DNA from: Octopus vulgaris
Lineage: Eukaryota
DNA length: 64,000 nucleotides
NCBI GenBank assembly: GCA_951406725.2
Contig: OX597830.1
Span: 20,150,001 to 20,214,000 of the forward strand
Direction: 5' to 3'
Below are positions 1 through 12,448 of the stretch, piece after piece. Each line of letters begins with the position of its first letter. The stretch's first letter is position 1. The notes under the pieces were generated by a model that was not told the origin of the DNA, searched no databases, and saw only the letters and a list, made by a program, of their open reading frames with translations. The position numbers and the translations under genes are program-made.

Positions 1-335
1 GTGATGGTAGTGGTGGTGGTAGTTGTGGTGGTGGTGATGGTGGTGGTGGTGTTGATAGTGGTGGTAGATACGGTAAAGGTAATGGCGAATGCTGGATTAT
101 CCAGAATATCTTCTGGAATCTGCTACTTTTTATTTACTTTTTATTTTTACACACACACACACACACACATACACACATACACACATCTTTAGTTATTATT
201 TTATTTCCAGTTTTTATTTCATATTGTCTTTTTTCTTAAAAAAATATTTTGAGAAGCTCATTTTTTTTTTGTTCTTCTCCTTGTGTTTGTATGTGCAGCC
301 TTGTTATCCTTTCGTATGCTTACATTTATTTATAC

Positions 336-373
<38 letters not shown>

Positions 374-1060
374 GTGAGATATGTAGAAATTTGTTATCCT
401 GTATATTATGGTGTCTCTTCGTATGTTTCTCATCGTATGTGGCACTTTGTAATCCTGAATATATTTGTAAATATTTATGTGTTTCTACAAAATATTTGTG
501 TAGTTGTGTGTTTCATAAGATTGGTTGTTTGCGTATATTTATATATGTTTCTGTTTTCGAAGCGTTCCTGTGTGTCTGTCTCATATTTGTTGTTTCTTAC
601 TTGTATGTGTAAGTTTGTCGGGTTGCATATATTTCTGTGTTTGTTATGTTTATTTTCTTCCCTGTTCCTGTTCTTCCCCCTTTTTCTCTGTGTGTATGTT
701 TGTTTAAGTCTGTTTATGTTTGAGTCTATTTGCTGTTATATTCTTTGATTCAACAAAAACGAACGATGAAAAATCAAAACTTCCAAAAGATATGGATATT
801 GTTATCATAAATATGGAGTCTACATGTATGCGTGTGTTAGGTATATCCGTGGTGTGTGTGTGTATGCGTGTGCTTGTTCGTAAAATATGTATATATACAT
901 GCATGAATGTCTTTTTTTTAGCTGGAGAAATCGATATATAGAAATTTTACATGTATTTATATTTCATGAAAATAGATATAGATATGCACATACAAAATGT
1001 ATGTATATATGTATATGTGTGTGTGTGTGAATATATATATGCGTGTGTGTTATAATAATG

Positions 1061-1105
<45 letters not shown>

Positions 1106-1867
1106 AAACATGCAAATATACATATATATATATATATGTACATATATATGCATACCTTATATGTGTGTGTGTGTATACATACATACATGCATATATATAT
1201 ACATATATATATACACCAAGACATTTGCATAAGAATGCATGGCGTTGTTTATGTATGCATGCAGATGCTCTTGAACAAACACGCATGCATTCTTACCTGC
1301 ACGCACACGCACACGCACACACACACATGCATAAATATAAATATATATATATGTACACACACACATAAATATATATACACACACATATACAAACGCGCAC
1401 ACACACACACCTATATATATGCATATATGCATACACACATGTAAAACAGAATATATATGCATTTTATGCAGAGTGACATAACCAATGAAACTTTTATGCA
1501 CCTGTATAGCAAAATTATATTTATAAAGTATTTTGAAAAAAAATTACAGTTTTACCATTTCTGTAACATAAAAACGTTAAAACTTGAAACAAATACGAAA
1601 AGAAAAAAAAAAGAAGAAAGAGAGAAGTAATCAATGGAAGACACACAGACAAATGATCGAATGGTAAAACCGGAATAAATCAAAAGTGTTCCATTCTGGT
1701 GTGATCCGATTTTCCATCATGATATTACAATATTATTGATTTAATGAGACGGTGAGGGCGAGACGGCAGAAGCTGTAGATGATCCTCAGAGTGTCAAATC
1801 TTGTCACATAGTGTTACATGTTCGTCTTGTCATTACACGCACACGTACACACACACACACACATTTT

Positions 1868-1965
1868 AGCGTAGTTGTGTGATAAGAAGCTTGCTTACTA
1901 ACCACATGGTTCCGGGTTCGGTCCCACTGCGTGGCACTTTGGTTAAGTCTCTTCTACTATACTGA
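1868..1965 (+). mobile_element. SINE family A, 5' (tRNA-like head) fragment
   Basis: Matches the head of the fuller family A copies (GGTTCCGGGTTCGGTCCCACTGCGTGGCAC, a B-box-like motif); the element is interrupted by the family C SINE at 2020. Confidence 0.65.
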
Positions 1966-2019
1966 GTACTAAATCCAAAAAGAAGCAAGAGATCCGGCTC
2001 AGGGTTGGTTTCAGGTGTG

Positions 2020-2325
2020 TTGTTGTTTGTTCCTTCTCGAGCCACGCCTGGCTCATAAGGGCCGGTTTCCCAGTTTCCTTGGCGTATAGGTTCCCCACCT
2101 GGACGGGACGCTGGTCCGTCGCAGGTGAGCTGCAAGATGCAGGAGGAAAGAGTGAGAGAAAGTTGCGGCGAAAGAGTCAGCAGAAGTTCGCTATTACCTT
2201 CTCCCGGAGCCGCGTGGAGCTTAGGTGATTCCGCTCATAGGCACACACATCGCCCGGTCTGAGATTCGAAACCGCGATCCCACGACCGCGAGTCCGCTGC
2301 TCTAACCACTAGGCCATGTGCCTCC
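2020..2325 (-). mobile_element. tRNA-derived SINE family C, full length
   Basis: Minus strand reads GGAGGCACATGGCCTAGTGG (A box) ... GTTTCGAATC (B box) with an (AAC)n tail; 13-bp TSD GGTTTCAGGTGTG at 2007-2019 and 2326-2338; homologous to 22077-22372. Confidence 0.88.
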
Positions 2326-2669
2326 GGTTTCAGGTGTGGCATAGGTATAAAATTTGAACACAAATGAGGTTTAAAATCTAATACAACTGTTTCTGTGTTG
2401 AATTGATGTATTCATAAATTATATCATAGCATTTATGTTATCCCAGAGGGATGGCATAAAAAGCATATAATGTCGAAGGCAGCTCTTGGGACTCGAATCC
2501 AAATCTCCTGTAGACATGACAGGCTTTTTAGAATTGAACCAAAGCAATCCTTCAAATTACATGCTATTATCGATAGCTTTATGCGCTTCAGGATGTACTG
2601 TTCAAAGACAGAAAAAAAGAAATATTTCACATTTGCTCGAAAGTTAATAAAATCCTATGACATTAACAA

Positions 2670-3058
2670 TATACATACACTGCATACACACACACACAAA
2701 CACACATACACGCATACATACATACATACATACATACATACATACATACATACATACATACATACATACATACATACATACATGCATACACATACATGCA
2801 TGCATACATGCATACGACATACATACACACACACACACGTACGTACGTACAAACATACACACATACATGTATGCATACATACTTACATATATACGCACAC
2901 ATACATGCATACATATAGGCAAGCATGCATGCATACATACGTTCATACATATATAGGCATGCATGCAAGCATACATACATACATACATACACGCATACAT
3001 GCATGCGTACATACGTACATACATATATATGCATGCAAGCATACATGCATACATACAT
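2670..3058. repeat. (CATA)n/(CA)n compound microsatellite
   Basis: Read directly from the sequence. Confidence 0.95.
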
Positions 3059-4010
3059 GGGTATTTTCGAGTACGACAAAATCAAGAGGAATGAGTTGAA
3101 GGAAAGTTTCAGGCGGGAATACCCCAGGAGAAGCAAGTTAATTATGAAGAGTAGACGTAATGGAAAGAGCAAGTTCGGGGCAATGAATACGTGGGCTGAC
3201 TCTTGAATGCGATATGGCACAGGTATTGTCTGATGGACAAAAAACCGAGCTTGAAGAAATGGATCATAAGACCAGGAAAGCGATGATACTGAACAAGGAA
3301 CTGCAGCCTAAAAGCGATGTCGATAGAGTGTATGTGTCTAGAAACAAGGTAAGGAGAGGACTCGTAGGATAGAAACAGCAACACGATACCTAATGAAAAT
3401 GTAGCCCATTCAAAAGAATTTAAGAAACGATATGGAGATCAAAGTTTGAACTGCAAAGTGAAAGTGATGCATGGACAATACCTAAAAGATTTGGAAGGGA
3501 AAGACAAGGCGAACTCCAGGACATGACTAAGGAAAAGTAATTTGCACCGAGGGATCGATTTGCAGCGTTCAAGAAGAAGCTTTGAGAATTAATTACACTA
3601 AGTTTCAAATAGACAAGAGTATTGAATCGCCCCTTTTTTATGATGTGTGGCTGTAAAAAGTGAAACAGTGTTACATATTGTGAGTGTAGCAAATTGGCTC
3701 AAGAGGAATAGAAAAAGAGGCATGATAGGAAGCTTGGTATGTTCAATGCAAATTGTGTAACGAGTACAGTCCTTGAATGGACATTCAATTGTTGTGAGCA
3801 TAAAGCAGAAGGCGTCACTGAGAATAATGAGTAGAAGATGTGAGGTTTTACAATATAGTGTGGTTCAGTAATTGATGCTCGGAAACCAGACATTGTTGTA
3901 TTTGATTAAATGATGAAGGAAGGCAAGATCATTGACATTTACTATACTTGGAGATGGACGAGTGGCTGATAAAGAACTGGTAAAGATTGAAAAGTATAAG
4001 TCTCCAAAAT
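3059..4010 (+). mobile_element. Decayed R4/Dong-clade non-LTR retrotransposon (RT C-terminus, Zn motif, restriction-like endonuclease)
   Basis: Frameshifted peptides GIFEYDKIK..FRREY..RSKLIMKS..NG..K..AMNTWA, LQPKSDVDRVYVSR, MHGQYLKD, MCG..ETVLHIV.ECSKLAQ..KKRHD, ARKPDIVV and KIEKY occur in the order typical of R4/Dong ORFs; many stops. Confidence 0.85.
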
Positions 4011-4173
4011 AAAATGTAATTAGACGAATTAGAAGAAATTTATAAAAAAAAAAAACATAAAGAGTCAAAAGTAAAAAAAAAAAATATACATGTAACAACG
4101 AAAGCAATAATTAAAGCAATATTGCTGCATAAAATTTAGATGTGCACTTGTGTTGAATAGTTAAGTTAAGTTA

Positions 4174-4340
4174 ATTTTTTGGGCTCAAAAAGCGAAAAGC
4201 AAGGCCATGTAGGGGGACATGGAGTTATGTACAGGGAGGGTGTTCATGCAAAGAGTTCAAGCCATTTCTGGTCAAGAGAGACTTTGAACCGAGCGGTCGT
4301 CGGCATCTTCACTATCTCGTCCGGCAGCTTATTCCACGGC
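4174..4340 (-). mobile_element. 3' end of a CR1-group LINE
   Basis: Minus strand encodes PWNKLPDEIVKMPTTARFKVSLDQKW (the WNxLP...FK..LD C-terminal motif), followed by a short 3' UTR and an A-run. Confidence 0.7.
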
Positions 4341-4689
4341 AATCGGCAATCACCATTCCTGATTACGCAGCTTCTCTTCCTTCCAGTGTTGTTCAAAAGC
4401 TGGAATCCCAAAATCATCCATGGAGTGGAGTACTCCCGGGCTACAGTGACAAAGTGAAAGCCATCGCCCCGGATTATCTGTCCGAATTTGGTATTAGTGT
4501 TCTGTTCTTTTAAGCTGTTTAAAAAAAAAATTAGGTCCCCTCAGCACTCTCAGCCAGAAACAGTTCTGGTATTGTTTTGTAGTCATATAGATACTGTCTA
4601 AAATTACGTGGACACTGACCATTGGTCCATATTATGCTACAAAAGTCACGACTAACCATCGACGTTTCTAATATTAAACATTTTGTTCG

Positions 4690-4830
4690 ACGTCGACTTT
4701 GCCTTTCACCTTTTCGGGTTCGATAAATTAAGTACCAGTTGCGTACTGGGTCGTTCTAATCGACTGCCCCCCCTCCCCACAACTCACCCAAAATTTCAGG
4801 CATTGTGCCCAGAACAGAAAAGAATATTAA
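4690..4830 (+). mobile_element. SINE family B, 5'-truncated
   Basis: Core GTCGACTTTGCCTTTCA..GATAAATTAAGTACCAG shared with the other B copies. Confidence 0.75.
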
Positions 4831-5153
4831 ACACTGTATCTCTTCTTCCCAAACCATATTTCGCCTGAAAGTAGTTGGCGTATTTCGAATGTCTTATTTG
4901 ACCTTCGTTATTCGAATGAAGAGTTGTGAATTTCATTTCGTTCGAGCAGCAGATTCGTTTCTCCATACAAGAGATGAGTTACTTTACATATAGAATGAGT
5001 TCTTACTCAACGAAGAGTTTCTCTTCTTTACAGGACTTGTACTAACAACCTTTCAGACTCCTTTATTATATTTTATAATTGTTTTCTTTAGGTCTATTTC
5101 CAGCTTGGATGCCTGTCTGTTCTCTTCGATCTCCATATGGTATCCATCTTCAT

Positions 5154-5442
5154 GATTACAGCTAAGTTCATCGCCATCAATTCACCGCAGGGAAAGTTCA
5201 CCGCCATCAATTACTTTTTTTACTCTTTTACTTGTTTCAGTCATTTGACTGCGGCCATGCTGGAGCACCGCCTTTTAATCGAGCAAATCGAACCCGGGAC
5301 TTATTCTTTGGAAGCATAGTACTTATTCTATCGCTCTCCTTTGCCGAACCGCTAAGTTACGGGGACGTAAACGCACCAGCATCGGTTGTCAAGCAATGTT
5401 GCGGGACAAACACAGACACACAAACACACACACACACACACG

Positions 5443-5476
<34 letters not shown>

Positions 5477-5792
5477 CGATGGGCTTCTTTCAGTTTCCGT
5501 CAACCAGATCCACTCACAAGGCTTTGGTCGGCCTGAGGCTATAGTAGAAGACACTTGCCCAAGGTGCCACGCAGTGGGACTGAACCCGGAACGATGTGGC
5601 TGGTAAGCAAGCTACTTACCACACAGCCACTCCTGCGCCGTTTTTTCTTCAATAGTGGTTAACTAGTAATGTTGAGATGCTAAGGATATACTTTTTTCTG
5701 TAAACTTTCCTCTCGGTGAACTCTCTTCATAGTGAATGGATGGCAGTGAACTCTCTTGCGATGAATTGAGGGTGATGAACTTACCTGTAATC
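5154..5792. mobile_element. Non-autonomous TIR element (MITE-like), interrupted by a SINE
   Basis: GATTACAGCTAAGTTCATCGCCATCAATTCACCGCA at 5154 is an imperfect inverse of the sequence ending at 5792; subterminal repeats are present on both sides. Confidence 0.6.
5213..5639 (-). mobile_element. tRNA-derived SINE family A, full length, CORE-like
   Basis: Head GGCGCAGGAGTGGCTGTGTGG..GGTTCAGTCCC, CORE-like GGCACCTTGGGCAAGTGTCTT, internal (TA)/(TG) microsatellite and an AAGAGTAA tail; many homologues in the window. Confidence 0.9.
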
Positions 5793-5929
5793 AACATTTG
5801 ATGACGGTGGACTTACCGGACATGCATCTTCATAAGTGGTGGGGAATGTACTGCTATCAGGAGATGTGTTTCTATTTGTTTAATTCTTGTTGTTGTTATT
5901 GTTACTAAGCATGACTCTACTTATCTTCG

Positions 5930-6560
5930 CAGGTTGAGGCTGAGAAAAAGGGATTTCTTTGATCTCCTGATTAACTCCAGGCAACGAGGACAGGTCAATT
6001 CCATTGTCGACTCCAGATCCGTGCCTGTGCCCCTCAGGAAAACTCTATGCTTTGATATAATCGTTTTTGCTATGGTTCTTTTAGGCTTTCTGAGTAGAAA
6101 GCTCTTAAACGGCTTTTAGTATCGCATGCGTAACAGCTGGGATGTCTCCCTTAGATATTGAGTTTTAAAGTCATTTTCTCAGCACTCTTAACAATAAACC
6201 CCTCCGGTATTGTTTTGTGGTCGTGCCAAGTTATGAAGACTTTGGTAGTTTTACGGTAACCCCATCGAATTACATAGTCTAAAGTTAAGTCAATATTGAT
6301 AATCGGCCCTGTTGTGCAGCAAAATTGACAACTGATCAACGACTTTTCTGATATTAAACATTCTATTTCTTCTTTCACAAATATTTTGAAACGAATTTAT
6401 GGGTAGGTGAGTCTGAGGTAATGTGGGTTGCACTTTAGCCTTGACCCCCACCACCTTTGTTTTAAAAATGATGTATACAGAGTCATATGTCCGTCCTCGG
6501 TAATTAAAGAACATTTCACCATAAATATTTCCTTGTGTGAAATAAAATCCAAAGCGAAAA
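5930..6560 (-). mobile_element. Possible decayed ORF1 (gag-like) of a Tx1/L1-type LINE
   Basis: Minus-strand translation ..KTIPEGFIVK..LKLNI*GRHPSCYACDTKSRLRAF resembles the GxPxxCxxCx4Hx4C knuckle context of Tx1 ORF1; degenerate. Confidence 0.4.
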
Positions 6561-6669
6561 TAAGTTCTTTGAGTTACTCTTGAAAAACGTCGAACAAACT
6601 CGGAGCAAACTTTTTCACACCAGACGAGCTGTCAGTAACTACCACTACTACAACTATTACTAGTAGCGT

Positions 6670-6707
<38 letters not shown>

Positions 6708-6751
6708 ACAGATGAAGAACAACAACAACAACAACAACAACAGCAACAGTA

Positions 6752-6940
6752 GAGGCGCAATGGCCCAGTAGTTAGGGCAGTGAACTCGCAGTCGTAAGAA
6801 CGCGGTTTCGATTCCCAGACCAGGCATTGTGAGTGTTTATTGAGCAAAATCACCTAGGCTTCACGAGGCTCCGGTGGGGGGCGAGGGTGAACCCCGCTGT
6901 ACTCTTTCACCATAACTTTCTCTCCCTCTTTCTTCCTACT
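6752..6940 (+). mobile_element. SINE family C variant
   Basis: GGCGCAATGGCCCAGTAGTTAGGGCAG..GGTTTCGATTCC head; body homologous to 58612-58840. Confidence 0.75.
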
Positions 6941-7234
6941 TCGACCACAAAGCAGAGGAACCATGGTGTAACCCACTATGGTATGGTAAAATTTTCAGAC
7001 CCTAGTCTAGATTGCGAATCCTCAGTACCCCAGGATGGTTCAGCTCTCCACCCGTTTAAAAACGCCACCGTTTACTGAATGAGGATAACAACGTAGCTTT
7101 CGCGCCCGTGCAACCGCCAGTGTATCATCGCGTGTGGTGGGTGGATCTTCAAGTTGCCACACGCATTCTTTGTAGCTTAGAGTAGGCTCGAATTAGAGAG
7201 TATTCTTTGTGGCTAATGGCGTGGGTCCTGGCTG

Positions 7235-7413
7235 GAAGAAGAAGAAGAAGAAGAAGAAGAAGAAGAAGAAGAAGAAGAAGAAGAAGAAGAAGAAGAAGAA
7301 GAAGAAGAAGAAGAAGAAGAAGAAGAAGAAGAAGAAGAAGAAGAAGAAGAAGAAGAAGAAGAAGAAGAAGAAGAAGAAGAAGAAGAAGAAGAAGAAGAAG
7401 AAGAAGAAGAAGA
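7235..7413. repeat. Pure (GAA)n tract, about 59 units
   Basis: Uninterrupted in the sequence. Confidence 0.98.
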
Positions 7414-7847
7414 CAACAGCAACAGAAAACAGTTGTAGTAAAATTGTTTAATGAAACCTATTTTTCCACTAAATTTCAAATGTGACAAATATTCCTCTAT
7501 TATTATCATTCTCTTTTTATGTCTAAAAAAACACCTGGTAATCATTCGGTTAACAGCTGGTAAACATTTGGTAGACATCTGGTTATCTGCGTTTATATTT
7601 ACAACAATGAAAAATCCTCAGCCCTGATAAAATTATTAGAGGTTTGGAATACATTCATTTTTAGAAAGTGGAATTAGATTCAGTCTTCAAGGCTTTAATC
7701 AGAATGAAATTCGCAGGTGAAGTATTAGAGACATATGAAAGGTACTGGAATGATTCGTTACTCTAATATAGCTGTTTCAATTATCTGATTGGTTGGCAGC
7801 TGTAAATAAGCCATGTTCGATGGGCTGGATGGCTGGTTGGTGTAAAA

Positions 7848-8257
7848 AAGCTGACAGAAACGTTAGCACGCCGAGCGAAATGCATAGCGGTATTTCGTCT
7901 GCCGTTACGTTCTGAGTTCAAATTCTGCGGAAGTCGACTTTGCCTTTCATCCTTTTGGGGTCGATAATTAAGTACCAGTTACGCACTGGGGTCGATGTAA
8001 TCGACTTAATACCTATGTCTGTCCTTGTTTGTCCCCTCTGTGTTTAGCCCCTTGTGGGTAATAAAGAAATAGGTATTTCGTCTGCCGTTACGTTCTGAGT
8101 TCAAATTCCGCCGAGGTCGACTCTGCCTTTCATCCTTTCGGGGTCGATTAATTAAGTACCAGTTACTCACTGGGGTCGATGTAATCGACTTAATCCGGTT
8201 GTCTGTCCGTGTTTCTCCCCTCTGTGTTTAGCCCCTTGTGGGCAGTAAAGAAATAGG
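7848..8257 (+). mobile_element. SINE family B, tandem dimer
   Basis: Head plus body, then a second body starting GTATTTCGTCTGCC at about 8073; each unit ends in TAAAGAAATAG. Confidence 0.88.
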
Positions 8258-8555
8258 TTTAGTGGTTAGAGGATTCGGCTCGCGATTGTATGGTTGTTAG
8301 TTCGATACCCGGTGGCGCGTTGTCCCCTGGAGCAAGACGCTTTTATTTCGCATTGCGCCAGTGCATTCAGTTGGCAAAAATAAGTTGTACTTGTACATTC
8401 AAAAGGGCCGGCCTTGTAACGTTCTGTGTCACGCAGAATCTCCCTGAGAACTACGTTAAGGATAGATAGACTTGTCTATGGAGTACTCGGCCACTAACAC
8501 GTTAATTTCACGAACATGCAGTTCCATTGATCGTATCAACTGGTACCTTCATTGT
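8256..8555 (+). mobile_element. SINE family D (V-domain-like core)
   Basis: GGTTTAGTGGTTAG..GTTCGATACC head and GCGTTGTCCCCTGGAGCAAGAC core; homologous to the reverse strand of 49945-50235. Confidence 0.65.
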
Positions 8556-8626
8556 CATAAGATTAAGTGTCTATACATACATTCATACACACACGCATAC
8601 ATACATACATACATACATACATACAT

Positions 8627-8694
<68 letters not shown>

Positions 8695-8715
8695 CATATA
8701 CATACATACATACAT

Positions 8716-8843
<128 letters not shown>

Positions 8844-8845
8844 TA

Positions 8846-8924
<79 letters not shown>

Positions 8925-9074
8925 TAGATATATATATATAAGTGTATGTATATGTATATATATATTTCGTATTTGTATGTGGTTCTATTTCCACTCATTG
9001 AGTTATTTAAATCGAACCGGTGAATGCGTTAAATACTAAGACACTAAAAGAGAATGACTCTCCCTAGACACAAT

Positions 9075-9720
9075 AATATATTGTTCTGTGTGTTCACCAT
9101 CTGATCCTGGCAGGAATCTTTCTCGTCTGAGAAAAACCAAAACATGTTCGGTTGGAGAGGATGCTTTGGTTTTGTTCAAAAGTTTCATAGCGCGTTCTTT
9201 CCGTTTGTCCTTGATGGATTGGGATAAAACTTTTCCCTTTCTCATCTTGTATGAGGAATACCTATTTCTTTATTACCCACAAGGGGCTAAACACAGAGGG
9301 GACAAACAAGGACAGACATAGGTATTAAGTCGATTACATCGACCCCAGTGCGTAACTGGTACTTAATTTATCGACCCCGAAAGGATGACAGGCAAAGTCG
9401 ATCTCGGGTGGAATTTGAACTCACAACGTAACGCAGACGAAATACCGCTAAGCATTTCGCCCAGCGTGCTAACGTTTCTGCCAGCTCGCCGCCTTTGTAT
9501 GAGGAATACCGAATGTCTTCATGCACTACCTGCCTGATAAGGAATCCAAACACTCCCGTGTCCCTGGCGATGGACCTGATTGACTTGGAGGGATCATTAT
9601 CAATCATGGCCTGAATCTTACCAACAAATTCAGGAGCTCTTTTCTTATAAGAATGACCAGAGTGAGTTTTCCGAGCACAAAAAAAAATGACTCCCCAGAC
9701 ACAACAGAATAAACAATTAT
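9075..9720 (-). mobile_element. Tc1/mariner-superfamily transposase remnant, split by a SINE
   Basis: PEFVGKIQAMIDNDPSKSIRSIARD..HEDIRYSSYK|MRKG..KDKRKERA.KLLN, then after a frameshift KHPLQPNMFWFFSDEK..QDQMVNTQN (HTH region and first catalytic D). Confidence 0.85.
9263..9494 (-). mobile_element. SINE family B, full length
   Basis: GGCGGCGAGCTGGCAGAAACG head; 16-bp TSD TTGTATGAGGAATACC at 9247-9262 and 9495-9510. Confidence 0.92.
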
Positions 9721-9734
9721 TGTTATTCTTAAAT

Positions 9735-10078
9735 AAAAGGTAATGGTAAAGACACTTACCCCTTCGGTCATGAATGACCATGGTATTGCACCTAGAAAGT
9801 TTCCTTCCGAGGCGCAAGTCCAGGTAAGATATTTTATGGAAGACCAGCAGTCGTCCATGCATATCAGCCTCCCTATTTCCACGCCACCAAGGGAAAGGCA
9901 AAGGGGCTGATACAGCTTGGCACCAGTGACGTCACAACTCATTTCCACAGCTGAGTGAACTGGAACAACGTGAAATAAAGTGTCTTGCTCAAGAATACAA
10001 CTCACAGCCTGGTCTGGGAATCGAACTCACAACACTACGATTGTAAGCCCGATGCTCTAAACACTGAGCCATGCGCCT
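9735..10078 (-). mobile_element. tRNA-derived SINE family E
   Basis: Head GGCGCATGGCTCAGTG..GAGTTCGATTCCC, core TTCTTGAGCAAGACACTTTATTTCAC and a TACCTT-type tail. Confidence 0.8.
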
Positions 10079-10532
10079 TCATGGTGCATGTATATATTTT
10101 TGTATGACTTAAAGGTTTGGTTTCTGTTTAGTTACATATTTAGGAGGTGGTTATAGATTTATTTATTGAATTTATTTACCGATACGCTTGTACATAGGGT
10201 AAATGTGTTTGGAACTTGCGGTTTCTCTTTATTTTAGTGCTGTTGACACCGCTGGATTGAATGGTATTGCCCAGATGTCGAAACCATAATGATATCCGTC
10301 GGGCAGCTGAAGATGGAGGTGTGTTGGATTGTTGGTATGATTGTTTTTGCGTATGTGGAATAGTATTACAACACATCCTTTTGACCCCCTTCTATCGTGA
10401 ATATCCATGGGGTTGCCCCTAGAATGTACCCCTCCGAGGCCCAGGGGCTCTTTCATTGCTAGTGTGAGATGCCGATGTAAAAGAAGCAGCAGTATTATCA
10501 TTATTATTATCATCATCATCATCATCATCATC

Positions 10533-10607
<75 letters not shown>

Positions 10608-10985
10608 TGTTGTTGTTGTTGTAGCTGTAGTTATTGTTGTTGTTGATGATGCTACAGTCGTGGGAATGTTATGCGTCCAAATGTTATCTTTAAAGAGATA
10701 AAATATAAGAGATTTAGTAAATCTCTTGTATTTTATTGGTTTATTTCAGAGAGTAACGACTGGTGGGGGTGGGGTGGAGGGTCAGGTGGCGTAAGAGAGA
10801 AAGACTAAGGAAACTAAAGAGAGAGAGAGAGAGTGACAGAGTGAGTGATAGAGAGGGAAGTAGAGAGAAGAGGTTGGTTATAGAAAGAGCTAAAAATACC
10901 CATCTTCCTCTATATTTATCATTCTCTTTCACACTTTCTCCTTCCGTCCGCCCTCTCTCTGTCTCACGCTCTGTATACAAATATG

Positions 10986-11181
<196 letters not shown>

Positions 11182-11397
11182 CGTGTGTGTGTGTGTATGT
11201 ATGTATATATGTACATGTATATGTGAATATATATAGATATATAGATAGGTATAGATATACATAGATAGATATACATATATATTTATATATGTATATATAT
11301 ATATATATATATACATATATATACACAATCTATACATATAAATATACACACATTCATAAGCAGCATACATATATACATGTATATAAATATATATGTG

Positions 11398-11445
<48 letters not shown>

Positions 11446-11590
11446 AATATATGTGCGTGTACACACACACACACGTGTATACATAAAATATACGTAGCAT
11501 ATGTATATATATGCGCACGAGTGCAAGCATCCATCTTTCATTTGCTTTCTCTGCTTTCTGCTGTCTACTTGTCCCTACACACACACACAA

Positions 11591-11621
<31 letters not shown>

Positions 11622-11959
11622 AATACACACACACATATATATATATATATATACACGCATGTTACACATAGGATGTTTGAATGTATGTTTGTCTTTCTAA
11701 CTCATACATTTTCTCACTGTAACATCACCTATTTCTCTCTCTCCCTATCTCTCTCTCTCTGCTTCTTTCTCCCCCTCTCTCATTCTACCTCCTCATACCA
11801 TCCTCACTGCCATCAAGCTATTTGCTTTTCTTGTTTCTCTTTTTAATTTTAAATTCAGCAAATCCAAATTTTTGCATCATGCAAACAGCTGATACACCCG
11901 TGTTTTCTACAGATCTATCATCAATCACAACCACCAAGCCCAACAACAATAACAACAAC

Positions 11960-12004
11960 ATCATCTTACATCAGCGGCTGCAGCAGCAACAGCAGCAGCA
12001 ACAG

Positions 12005-12036
<32 letters not shown>

Positions 12037-12416
12037 CTGTGGTTTTTCACGTCAACACGATCACCTGTCACTGCATTGTCATTATTTCCATAATCATTAT
12101 CATCCACCTTGTCTGCATCATTATCATCGTCGTCATCATCGTCATCATCATCCATCAACGTCATCATCATCATCGTCATCATCACCATCATCATCCATCA
12201 TCATCATCGTCATCATCCACCACCTTCACCACCATCATCATCATCGTCGTCGTCGTGCCGTCATCATCATCATCATCGTCATCATCATCGTCATCGGAAA
12301 GTACGTCATCATCGCCCTCCTCTTCCTCCTCCTCCTCCTCCTCCTCATCATCATCATCCTCATCTTTATCGTCATCATCAACATAATCATCACCATCATC
12401 ATCATCATCATCATCG

Positions 12417-12448
<32 letters not shown>

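Noticed and set aside
10200-10400. YGFDIWAI peptide on the - strand, possibly a LINE RT C-terminal piece
   Set aside because: One short motif only; not enough to call.
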